Part shown: one piece after another, positions 53,165 through 64,000 of the stretch
How the letters are laid out: each line of letters opens with the position of its first letter
Position numbering within the stretch: position 1 is the stretch's first letter
Translations under genes and position numbers: made by a program
DNA from: Candidatus Hydrogenedentota bacterium
GTDB taxonomy: Bacteria > Hydrogenedentota > Hydrogenedentia > Hydrogenedentales > SLHB01
Direction: 5' to 3'
Assembly: GCA_963674865.2 (NCBI GenBank)
Contig: CAXXYE010000009.1
Coordinates: 32,001 to 96,000, forward strand
Length of the DNA stretch: 64,000 nt
The notes under the pieces: generated by a model
Seen by the model: only the letters and a program-made list of their open reading frames with translations
Database searches by the model: none
Told to the model about the DNA's origin: nothing

Positions 53165-53279
53165 GTTCGTTCTCTGGGCGACAATTACCCCGGCACCCTT
53201 GCCACGCACGCGCTGCAATCGTGCCGGGGGACGTTGTACCCTTCGCTAGGCTGACTGTTGCGCAGCCACCCAAGTTAGG

Positions 53280-53416
53280 ATCTTAGCACCCGGCCGGTGG
53301 GCTTGTCAACCCCTCGCCGGGCCTCTCTCCACCGCGACGACCAGTGATCGTCGCAACGAGCGGCGAACTATACCACGCAAATCTGCCGATGTCAACAAAA
53401 AAACGAAAAAAATTTT
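53280..53416 (-). promoter_or_regulatory. tandem rrn P1/P2 promoters with UP element
   Basis: P1 TTGACA-N17-TATAGT (53395-53367) preceded by an A/T tract (53396-53416); P2 TTGACA-N18-TAAGAT (53309-53280). Confidence 0.85.
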
Positions 53417-53743
53417 CTGGGCCCTTTTCGCGGCCTGCCGTCAGGTCATCGACCCTACCCGCGCAAGCTTGGCTTCCGGCAGAAACTGCGCCGAGCAGTC
53501 TTTCTGAAGGGGCACGTTAGTGTGGTAGCGAGCTGGAATGCCCCTGGTCTAGAAGGACCCGTTAAGATAGGCTTCCCCAGGCTTCATCGCCTTGGCTCCA
53601 GACGTGCCCGTGAAACCGCGCTTCTTCTTTGTTTGGCGCGCCGGCCTATGCTATCCTGCGAGTCACGGGCTAGGGCAGCGTGGCCCTGTTTCGCACGGCA
53701 CACGAGGCCTGAATAACCAACGACGCACGAGGGCAAGAATCCT

Positions 53744-54718
53744 ATGAGCAAGACTCGGTTTCTAACACAGGCGATCGTGTTCGCCGTCGCTCTATTCGTC
53801 CGGCCGGTTGCGGCAGAGGTGGTCGATAGAATCCTGGCCACCGTTGATAAGGAAGTCATACTGCAAAGCGACATCCTCGACGCCGTTGCCCCGGAGATCA
53901 ACCAACTCCGCATGGCCGGAGCGTCGGGGGAGGAGCTTGGCCGCAAGGCCGACGCGCTGATGCGCGAAGCGCTCGACCAAGCTATCGAGGCCAAGATTCT
54001 ACTCCGCGAGGCCCTGCTTGCCGGCTACGAAGTCGAAGACGAAGCTATCGAGCAACACATCGACACCATCAAGCAGGGATTCACTTCCACGGAGGAATTT
54101 CTCCGTGAACTCGACCGAGCCGGGCTCACCGTGGCTGACCTGCGTGAACGTCACCGCAAACAACTGCTCGCCACGAATATGGCCATGGCCAAACGGAGAC
54201 AATTCGCCAGAGATGCCGTCATCTCTGAAGCTGACGTCTTAAAGTACTACGAGGAGCACAAGTCCGAGTTCTCAAGACCCGAGCGGGTGTGGTGTCGGCA
54301 GATCTTCCTCGCCGCACGCGACGATCCGCACGAGCGCACAGCGGCCCGTTCGGCGCTCGAGAAACTCAAAGAGGAAATCGTCGCTGGCGCTGATTTCACC
54401 GAACTAGCCCGGAGCCATTCACAAGCACCCGGCGCCGAGAACGGGGGCGTCATTGGATGGATTGCCCACGGCGACCTCAAACCCGCACTCGAAGAGGCGG
54501 CCTTCGCCCTTCCCGTCGATGGCATCAGCTCAATCGTCGAGACCGAGGGAGGTCTCCACTTGCTCAAAGTCGAGAAAAAAGAAGAGGGCGGGGTGCGTCC
54601 CTTCCAGGAAGTTCGCCAGGACATCGAGCCACGGCTCCGCGACGAAGCCGCAGAAGAACGCTACAACAAGTGGGTGGGCGAACTCCGCAAGCGGAGCCGG
54701 GTCCGCATCGTCTTCTAA
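53744..54718 (+). CDS. SurA/PrsA-family parvulin peptidyl-prolyl isomerase
   Basis: Signal peptide, VDRILATVDKEVIL, FTELARSHSQ..GGVIGW, VETEGGLHLLKV. Confidence 0.88.
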   Translation: MSKTRFLTQAIVFAVALFVRPVAAEVVDRILATVDKEVILQSDILDAVAPEINQLRMAGASGEELGRKADALMREALDQAIEAKILLREALLAGYEVEDEAIEQHIDTIKQGFTSTEEFLRELDRAGLTVADLRERHRKQLLATNMAMAKRRQFARDAVISEADVLKYYEEHKSEFSRPERVWCRQIFLAARDDPHERTAARSALEKLKEEIVAGADFTELARSHSQAPGAENGGVIGWIAHGDLKPALEEAAFALPVDGISSIVETEGGLHLLKVEKKEEGGVRPFQEVRQDIEPRLRDEAAEERYNKWVGELRKRSRVRIVF

Positions 54719-54724
54719 TCGAAT

Positions 54725-56921
<2,197 letters not shown>

Positions 56922-56973
56922 TGCCAAGGCCGCAAATGCAGCGGTGTCCCGCATCGGGGTGAGATAGGTCCAA

Positions 56974-57300
56974 ATGTTCGAGAGGCGAACCGTTTGGTAC
57001 CTGGCCGCCGTCCTGGGCGTTGCGGCGCTTGCGGCGTTTTACGCCCAGCGCCGTGACCTCCGCTCCCGGTATATCGAGTTCCAAGAGAGCCAGGACACCT
57101 TGCGCCGTGACGGGGAACGGCTACAAATGCTCCAGAAGCGCGAATCCGAACTTCGGCAACGCGTCGACCACTTGGTCAACGACCCCGTCGAGATGGAGGC
57201 GGAAGTGCGCCGCAGCAAGAACCGCGTTCGAGAAGGCGAGACCATCTACCGCATTGAACCGGACGTTTCTCCCGGGCAAAGCACGCCCAGCGGCCAATAG
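56974..57300 (+). CDS. ftsB: septum formation initiator FtsB/DivIC
   Basis: One TM helix plus coiled coil, D..EMEAEVR..VREGETIY; conserved position after eno. Confidence 0.75.
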   Translation: MFERRTVWYLAAVLGVAALAAFYAQRRDLRSRYIEFQESQDTLRRDGERLQMLQKRESELRQRVDHLVNDPVEMEAEVRRSKNRVREGETIYRIEPDVSPGQSTPSGQ

Positions 57301-57312
57301 AAGGACTGCGTT

Positions 57313-58302
57313 TTAGACCTGACGTACGAGATCCAACTGAACAATCACGAAGAGGCCATTAAGCTTCTCGGTAGAAACGGCGAACTCCGTAAGCGCATTC
57401 AGAGGGAGACCCCCGTTCATATCGTGGACCGGGGCGCCAAAGTTATGGTTATCGGAGACGAAGCCGACACCGCCATGGTGGGCGACCTTCTGGACGAACT
57501 CCTTGTCGCGGTGCGCAACGGCCACACGCCCACTATCGCCGACCTCATGTACGGCCTTCAGGAAGCCCGGGGGCGCGGCGTGCACGACCTCGGCGACGTC
57601 ATCGGCCAGACCCCCGAGGCGCTCCGAAGCGATATACGCATCAAACCGCGGACACGCGGGCAGAAGGAATACCTGGAGGCCATTCGCGGCGCACCCGTCA
57701 CCCTCGTGATAGGGCCGGCGGGCACCGGCAAGACCTACCTTGCCATGGCCGCCGCCGTCTCCGCCCTTCTCAACAAAGAAGTCAACCGACTCATTCTCAC
57801 CCGCCCCGCCGTCGAGGCGGGTGAGAATCTCGGCTTTTTGCCCGGCGATCTCAAAGAGAAGGTAAACCCTTATCTGAGACCGCTATACGATGCTCTCTAT
57901 TCCATGGTCGACGTGGATCGCGTCCGCATATTCCTCGAGAGAGAGAAGATTGAGGTCGCTCCTCTCGCTTTCATGCGCGGCCGTACTCTTGACCACGCCT
58001 TCGTCATACTCGACGAGGCCCAAAACACCACCTCCGAGCAGATGAAGATGTTCCTCACCCGCCTCGGTAGGAATGCGCGTGGCATTATCACCGGCGACAT
58101 CACCCAGGTCGACCTCCCAAAGGGCACCAAGTCCGGCATGGTCGAGGCACGGCGGGTTCTGCGCAACACCAAAGGGGTAGCCATGGTAACCCTGACCAAG
58201 GAGGACGTGGTGCGCCATCCCCTCGTACAGCGCATCGTCGATGCCTACGAGGCCGATGAAGGGCCTGGCCACGAGCCCGAGTCAGGGACACAGGCAAACT
58301 AA
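57313..58302 (+). CDS. phoH: PhoH-like ATPase (YbeZ/PhoL) with N-terminal KH-like domain; start codon non-canonical or uncertain
   Basis: GPAGTGKTYLA, TRPAVEAGE.LGFLPG, APLAFMRGRTL, ILDEAQN, TGDITQVDLP. The homologous N-terminus extends upstream of the first GTG (57424). Confidence 0.9.
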   Translation, partial: LDLTYEIQLNNHEEAIKLLGRNGELRKRIQRETPVHIVDRGAKVMVIGDEADTAMVGDLLDELLVAVRNGHTPTIADLMYGLQEARGRGVHDLGDVIGQTPEALRSDIRIKPRTRGQKEYLEAIRGAPVTLVIGPAGTGKTYLAMAAAVSALLNKEVNRLILTRPAVEAGENLGFLPGDLKEKVNPYLRPLYDALYSMVDVDRVRIFLEREKIEVAPLAFMRGRTLDHAFVILDEAQNTTSEQMKMFLTRLGRNARGIITGDITQVDLPKGTKSGMVEARRVLRNTKGVAMVTLTKEDVVRHPLVQRIVDAYEADEGPGHEPESGTQAN

Positions 58303-58304
58303 TC

Positions 58305-60812
58305 ATGCTGCGCCGCAAGTCCGCAAAGAAGCGCGCGGGGCGCCGCCCCGAGTCGCCTAAACCCTTGAGTCCCATGGCGATCCAAATGACGCGCCTCCAA
58401 CGCCTCGTCGTGGTTTTGGCGTTCGCGGTGCTTCTGGCCTGCCTCACCAAGTACCCAACGAAGGGCGGAGACGGCCAACTCGACCTCAACGTCACGCCAG
58501 GCGATTTCGCACGGGAGGCCATTCAGGCGGAATTCCGCTTCGAGACGGAGGACCTCCAGGCCACGCGCGAAGCAAGAGACGCCGCCGCGGCCAAGGTGCC
58601 CAAGCGATACGCCGTGGACAACGAGCATGTCCAAGCGCGGCTACGCGCGGTACAGGATCGAATCGACGCCCTGCGCGAAACCCGCGAGGACGTCGACCTC
58701 GCCATCCGTGGCGTGCTGGAACACTCCACCTCCGACCAGGACTACGATGCCCTCGTGAGGAAGGCCGTCACCTCCGTGGCATCCAAACTCAAGGAGCGCA
58801 CGGAGTTTCAAGACGTCAGCGAAGCCGCCCTCGTCGTGTGGCTGCTGCCCACACCCACCTCTACGCCCAAACCTCAGTTCGAACCGTTGGCCGAAGGGCA
58901 GACGGCCCCGGCAGCGCGGCCGGCACTCAAGGAGCTTCTCGAGCCCGAAGTCAGCCCGATCGAGTTCGCCTACGCACCGATACTCGAACAAGTCGTTAAA
59001 GACAGCGTGGAGTTTGTCCTTACCTTCGGCGTCCTCTCGGCCGAGTCGGTGAAAGCCGCCCGCGAAGGAGACCCGAGCACCATCGTCATTCTCCGGGACC
59101 TTGACAGGCCGGTCGGCGACCTTACACTCAGCCAAGAACTGCCCCTAAACGACGTTCCGCAACCCGAACAAGCGCGCGAACTGCTTCGCAGCCGCATCGT
59201 CGAGGAATTGCAGAAGGCTCCGCCCGTGAACCGCGCTGCCGCCATCGACATGGCCGACCTCGCGAGCGCCGCCCTTCAAATCGCCGAAACCGAAATGACC
59301 GATACCCTGGTCTTTGCTGAAGTGCCCACAGCGCGGGAGGTAGAGAACGCACGCTCGGCCGTTGAGCCCCGCATGAAGAAGATCGAGCCCTTTGAGCCCA
59401 TTCAGAGGCGCGGTGAACGCTGGACCCAACAGTCAATCTCCGATGTAAAGACTTACTACGACGAGCTTTACGGCGGGCAGAAACCTGCTTTCAACATGCT
59501 CGCCACGGTTGCCGCCCACGCGATCTTCGTCAGCCTGGCGCTTATCTATCTCCTCCGCGCCGTGCCCCTCTATACCATTGAAGGAAGCGCCCGGGGACGC
59601 GACCTCTATGTCGTTCTCCTCATCTTGTGCGCTGCTCTCCTTGTAGGCCGCGTCGTCTCCTACTTCGACCCTTCCGGCTTTGCCGTACCTGTCACCGCCG
59701 TGGCTATTCTCCTTGCCATCCTCCTCAACGTCCGCCTGGCTTGCGTCGTCAGCCTGGTAGCCGTCGCCCTCCTATCCATCCAATACAACTACGACTGGAA
59801 CGTTTTTGTCGTGGGATGCACCATGGCCTTCGCGGGCGCCCTGAGCATATTCGTCGTGCGCCGGCGCGGCGATATGGCCGGTGCCGCGGGCAAAGCAACC
59901 ATCGCCGGCCTCCTCGCCGTAATCGCCGTAACTCTCGCCACCGACTCGCTCTTCAGCGAGAGGGCACTCCACCGGCTTGCGCTGATCGCCTTGAACGGCG
60001 GCGCCTGCATGTTCATCGTCCCCGGCCTACTCTCGCCCCTCGAACGGCTGTTCGGCATAACAACGGACATTCAGCTACTCGAGTATTCCGACCTCAACAA
60101 CGAGGTACTTGGCCAACTCGCCATCGAGGTACCCGGCACGTACGCCCACAGCCTCATGCTCGGGCAATTGGCCGAGGCCGCGGCGGAGGCCATCGGGGCA
60201 AACGGACTGCTGGCAAGGGTTTGCGCCTACTACCACGACATCGGCAAACTCCAGCGTCCCGAGTACTTCAGCGAGAATCAAACCGGCGAGAACATCCACG
60301 ACGACCTCCCGCCTCGCCTGAGCGCACGAGCTATCCGTGCACACGTGGCCGCCGGCGCGCAAATGGCTCGCGACTTTCACCTCCCCAAACCCATCGTCGA
60401 CGGCATCCTTGAGCACCACGGAACGGGCCTCATCAGCTTCTTCTACCAGCAGGCCCGCGAACAGCAGAAGCACGGCGATGTCGACGAAGCCGACTTCCGC
60501 TATCCCGGCCCCAAGCCGCAGAGACCCGAGACGGCCATCCTCATGATTTGCGACGCCGTCGAATCCGGTGTACGATCAATGAAGAATCCAAACCAGGAAC
60601 GCGTCCGCGAGTTCGTCGACAAGATCATCGCGGCCCGCTCCACCGATCGTCAGTTCGATGAGTGCCGGCTTACGCTCAAAGAACTCGATACCATCGCGGA
60701 TGTGGTTACACGACGGGTGGTGACAGGATTACACACGCGTGTCGCCTACCCCGACAGCGTAACTCAGAAGAAAGTGGACAACGTAGTGCGCATGCCCGGA
60801 GTGCAAGAGTGA
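58305..60812 (+). CDS. 7TM-HD (HDIG) phosphohydrolase, PgpH-like
   Basis: Extracytoplasmic domain, ~7 TM helices, PGTYAHS, YYHDIGK, EHHGT, YPGPKPQ, ICDAVES. Confidence 0.9.
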   Translation: MLRRKSAKKRAGRRPESPKPLSPMAIQMTRLQRLVVVLAFAVLLACLTKYPTKGGDGQLDLNVTPGDFAREAIQAEFRFETEDLQATREARDAAAAKVPKRYAVDNEHVQARLRAVQDRIDALRETREDVDLAIRGVLEHSTSDQDYDALVRKAVTSVASKLKERTEFQDVSEAALVVWLLPTPTSTPKPQFEPLAEGQTAPAARPALKELLEPEVSPIEFAYAPILEQVVKDSVEFVLTFGVLSAESVKAAREGDPSTIVILRDLDRPVGDLTLSQELPLNDVPQPEQARELLRSRIVEELQKAPPVNRAAAIDMADLASAALQIAETEMTDTLVFAEVPTAREVENARSAVEPRMKKIEPFEPIQRRGERWTQQSISDVKTYYDELYGGQKPAFNMLATVAAHAIFVSLALIYLLRAVPLYTIEGSARGRDLYVVLLILCAALLVGRVVSYFDPSGFAVPVTAVAILLAILLNVRLACVVSLVAVALLSIQYNYDWNVFVVGCTMAFAGALSIFVVRRRGDMAGAAGKATIAGLLAVIAVTLATDSLFSERALHRLALIALNGGACMFIVPGLLSPLERLFGITTDIQLLEYSDLNNEVLGQLAIEVPGTYAHSLMLGQLAEAAAEAIGANGLLARVCAYYHDIGKLQRPEYFSENQTGENIHDDLPPRLSARAIRAHVAAGAQMARDFHLPKPIVDGILEHHGTGLISFFYQQAREQQKHGDVDEADFRYPGPKPQRPETAILMICDAVESGVRSMKNPNQERVREFVDKIIAARSTDRQFDECRLTLKELDTIADVVTRRVVTGLHTRVAYPDSVTQKKVDNVVRMPGVQE

Positions 60813-61285
60813 TGGACGTTCATCTGGACCTGCGAAACGACTCGGCGTGGAAGCGCCTCTACCGCCGCGATGTGCTGCAAGCCCTTGCCCGGCACATATG
60901 CGAAGGAGAGGGCGTCAAACATGATGTCGAACTCAGCGTCCTCTTGTGCGATGACCCGTTCATCCAGGCTCTGAACCAACGTTACCGGCAGGAAGACTGC
61001 CCAACCGACGTGCTCTCCTTCGGCCAGACCGGCCCCGTCGCGAAGGGGCTCATGGTCCTCGGCGACATCGTCATCTCCCTTGAGACCGTCGCCCGGAACT
61101 GTCGCGACGATCGCCGGGCCATGCGAGCCGAGGTACGCCTGTTGTTTTGCCATGGCCTGCTCCACCTACTAGGTCATAAGCACGACGACGCAGCACAACG
61201 CGCTCGAATGATTGCCAAACAGGCCCATTATCTGCATATCACCACACAGGCCGCGTGGCGAACCGACCCCAAGGCGCAAGCCTAA
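60812..61285 (+). CDS. ybeY: rRNA maturation endoribonuclease
   Basis: LNQRYR..PTDVLSF, LGDIVIS, HGLLHLLGHKH. Confidence 0.93.
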   Translation: MDVHLDLRNDSAWKRLYRRDVLQALARHICEGEGVKHDVELSVLLCDDPFIQALNQRYRQEDCPTDVLSFGQTGPVAKGLMVLGDIVISLETVARNCRDDRRAMRAEVRLLFCHGLLHLLGHKHDDAAQRARMIAKQAHYLHITTQAAWRTDPKAQA

Positions 61286-61325
61286 ATGAGGCTCACGGGA
61301 CGCACGAGGCGGAGGTCCAGCAAAC

Positions 61326-62777
61326 TTGGACGACGACAGTAGTTGCCCATGTAGAAGACGGAATCGTCGCACACGGGCGTGTCTAGCCATCCTCGGGGTT
61401 TGCCTGGCCTTGGTGATTGCCGAGTGTCTGTTTTCTGAGCCGTCTATCGCGGCCACAGACGTCCCTGAGGTCCTCCCGTGGACGGACTATCTTCCCGTAC
61501 CGGTGCTGGCCGCCGCAGTCGTGTTGCTTGCCTTCTCGGCGTTCTTCTCTTCGTCCGAGACGGCCTTCTTGGCCATTCACAAGCCGCGGCTTCGCACCAT
61601 GCGCACTTCGCCGCATTATACCTTGCGTCTCGTAACCAAAATGATGGATCGTCCCGGCAGGTTTCTCACCACCATCCTCGTCGGCAACATGATCGTCAAC
61701 ATCCTCATCGGCGTCCTGCTTGGAGCGCGCGTGATGAATCTCCTCGAGAATCGTTTTGAATTGAGTCCCGCTCTCGCCTACGCGACTGCGGTCCTGCTTT
61801 GCACCGCCATACTCGTTTTCTTCGGCGAGATCACGCCCAAGGTCTTCGCCGTCCGCGCACGCGAAGCCTACGCGCGCCTCGCCGTTCTCCCTCTGGTAGC
61901 CGCGGATCACGCGCTTTCCCCTATTCGGAATGGCCTGCTCGCCGTCACCGACGCCATTTTCCGCGTATCAAGGTTCCACGAACTCCGCGCCGCGCCCTTC
62001 ATCACCGACGACGAACTCAAGTCCCTCTTCGACAATGGCGAGCCAAGCGCCGTCATTGAAGAAGAGGAGCGACAAATGATTCGCCGTATACTCGAATTTC
62101 ACGACGTCACCGTTCGGGAGATCCTCATCCCGCGCCCCGATGTGGTCGCCATCGGTGACGACGCTAGCGCGCGAGAAGCCCTCGAACTCTTCCGCGAAGA
62201 GGGATTTTCCCGCATCCCCGTGTACGACGGCGACTTGGACCACATCACCGGCCTGCTATTCGCCAAGGACCTGCTTCCTACGTGTTCCGAGGGCAAACTC
62301 GACCAGCCCATCATACAATTCGTCCGCCCTCCCCACTTTGTGCCCGAGACCACGAGCGTCCAGCAGTTTGTCAGGAATGCGCAGCGCTTGCGCACCCATC
62401 TGGCCGTCGTGGTTGACGAATTTGGCGGCACCGAGGGCATCGTCACACTCCAGGACGCCCTCGAGGAAGTGGTCGGAGACATAAAGGACGACGGCAAAGA
62501 GGAGGCGCCCCCCTACGCGCGTGTCGCGGACGGCGTGTACCGCGTCGCGGGAAACCTCCCCTTGGATGAACTCAACCAGCTCATAGGACTCAAAGTCGAA
62601 GACGAGGAGCACGAAACCGTTGCGGGCTTCCTCATGAATCAGACCGATAAGGTCCCTGAAACCGGGGACACTATCGAGCATTCGGGGGCTCGGTTCACCG
62701 TCGAAGAAGTCGATGGGAAGCGGGCCGAGGCCGTCCGCATCGAGATTCACGAACGCCGCGGGAGGGAGGAGACATGA
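61326..62777 (+). CDS. hemolysin/CNNM family (DUF21-CBS-CorC) protein
   Basis: SAFFSSSETAF, TILVGN, GEITPK, FSRIPVY, VVDEFGGTEGIVT. Start uncertain. Confidence 0.9.
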   Translation: MDDDSSCPCRRRNRRTRACLAILGVCLALVIAECLFSEPSIAATDVPEVLPWTDYLPVPVLAAAVVLLAFSAFFSSSETAFLAIHKPRLRTMRTSPHYTLRLVTKMMDRPGRFLTTILVGNMIVNILIGVLLGARVMNLLENRFELSPALAYATAVLLCTAILVFFGEITPKVFAVRAREAYARLAVLPLVAADHALSPIRNGLLAVTDAIFRVSRFHELRAAPFITDDELKSLFDNGEPSAVIEEEERQMIRRILEFHDVTVREILIPRPDVVAIGDDASAREALELFREEGFSRIPVYDGDLDHITGLLFAKDLLPTCSEGKLDQPIIQFVRPPHFVPETTSVQQFVRNAQRLRTHLAVVVDEFGGTEGIVTLQDALEEVVGDIKDDGKEEAPPYARVADGVYRVAGNLPLDELNQLIGLKVEDEEHETVAGFLMNQTDKVPETGDTIEHSGARFTVEEVDGKRAEAVRIEIHERRGREET

Positions 62778-64000
62778 TGGCCTTGCTCCCCGCCCTAGCG
62801 ATATGGGCGCTGGCCGTACTCGCTCAAGCCCTCTTTGCGGGCTACGAAACCGGATTGGTCTCCTGTAATCCCATTCGGATTCGATTCCTGGCTGAAGAGG
62901 AGCGCAACAGCCGCGCCGCACGCCTATTGAAATGCATCGAACGCCCGGACCTCCTGCTGACCTCCCTGCTCATCGGCACGAATATAGCCGTCGTCATCAG
63001 CACCATAACCGTCACCGTGTCCGTTCAAGCCCTCTTTCCCGAGGCCAATGCGGGACTGGCTACCGATCTCGTGTCCACGCTGATCGTCACCCCTGTCCTG
63101 CTTGTTTTCTCCGAGATCATTCCCAAAAGCATATTTCGAATCCATCCCAACCGGCTTGCTCTTGCTCTGTTCCCCGTCGTGCGGTTCTTCCAGATAGCCC
63201 TCGCCCCCGTCGCTTGGCCCGTGACCCACGCCACCCGCCTCCTCTTGCGGCTGTTCGGCGGCGAGGAGCCCCAGGTAAGCTCGCTTATGTCCTCCCTCGA
63301 AGACCTGCGCGTGCTCATCGACGAGGGCGCCGATACGGGCACCATCGAACGCGAGGAACAAGAGATGATCCACTCCGTGATGGACCTGCAGAGCACCCTC
63401 GCCAAAGAGGTTATGGTGCCCCGCATTCACGTCCGCGCCCTGCCCGATACAGCGGAGCGTGACGAGCTTCTCGCCCTCTTCCAAGAAACCGGGTATACCC
63501 GCATCCCCATCTACCGTGAATCAATTGACGAGGTCATCGGAAAGGTTAATGCCTACGATCTTCTCGTCGATGCCGACGTCCAAAACCAAGACATCCACCG
63601 GTTTGTTACCGAGGTCATCCACGTGCCCGACACCATGACGCTAGACGACCTCTTCCAGCTCCTCAAGGACAAGAAGGAGCACATGGCCATCGTCACGGAC
63701 GAGTACGGCGGCACCGATGGGCTCATCACCATCGAGGATATCCTCGAGGAGATCTTCGGTGATATCCAAGATGAGCACGATGAAGAAACGCGCAGCATTC
63801 AGCGCGTAGGCCCCAACGCCTACATTGTCGAGGCGCGCACACCCCTTGAAGACCTCGCCGAAGCGCTGGGAACGGCCGTCTCCGACGAAGAAGTGGAAAC
63901 CGTCGGCGGCTGGCTTATGCATCTGACCGGGCGAGTGCCCGCCCCCGGCGAATCACTCACCCATGGACGTTTCCTGATAACCGTTATCGAAGGCACCCCC
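62774..64000 (+). CDS. second hemolysin/CNNM family protein (runs off the window)
   Basis: Hand translation from the ATGA overlap: ALFAGYETGLVS, LLIGTN, SEIIPK, YTRIPIY, DEYGGTDGLITIEDILEEIFG. Confidence 0.9.
   Translation, partial: MMALLPALAIWALAVLAQALFAGYETGLVSCNPIRIRFLAEEERNSRAARLLKCIERPDLLLTSLLIGTNIAVVISTITVTVSVQALFPEANAGLATDLVSTLIVTPVLLVFSEIIPKSIFRIHPNRLALALFPVVRFFQIALAPVAWPVTHATRLLLRLFGGEEPQVSSLMSSLEDLRVLIDEGADTGTIEREEQEMIHSVMDLQSTLAKEVMVPRIHVRALPDTAERDELLALFQETGYTRIPIYRESIDEVIGKVNAYDLLVDADVQNQDIHRFVTEVIHVPDTMTLDDLFQLLKDKKEHMAIVTDEYGGTDGLITIEDILEEIFGDIQDEHDEETRSIQRVGPNAYIVEARTPLEDLAEALGTAVSDEEVETVGGWLMHLTGRVPAPGESLTHGRFLITVIEGTP

Noticed and set aside
61326..64000. Tandem CNNM/hemolysin genes as a novelty
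   Set aside because: Tandem DUF21-CBS pairs near ybeY are common.

Overview
High-GC chromosomal window from a diderm bacterium (lolC/E and lolD are present). Tandem UroD-family genes, a DUF4838 gene, large secreted glycan-active proteins and a 'GCP' lipobox lipoprotein suggest Candidatus Hydrogenedentes or a similar PVC-like lineage; this is inference and the 16S was not searched. The left third (1-22 kb) is accessory metabolism: a sulfotransferase, two UroD paralogs, a GT39, a PilZ/receiver pair, a kinase-like membrane protein coupled to an atypical Thr-sulfatase, an ECF sigma/anti-sigma pair and a signal-peptide SAM hydrolase. Right after comM/yifB is a ~2.4 kb conflict islet: a Cthe_2314-like HEPN gene, a degenerate attC-like hairpin, a stand-alone class-III nucleotide-cyclase-like gene and an MNT-HEPN toxin-antitoxin pair. 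This islet is the best candidate for an undescribed system. The rest is core genome: rpsB-tsf-pyrH-frr-uppS-cdsA-prfB-lysS-lolC/E-lolD, a MEMO-Nif3-glgA-tsaE operon, a complete minus-strand rrn operon (16S-Ile-Ala-23S-5S) with tandem promoters and terminator, and surA-eno-ftsB-phoH-7TM/HD-ybeY plus two CNNM genes. No CRISPR array, integrase or transposase was seen. All family calls come from motifs read by eye.
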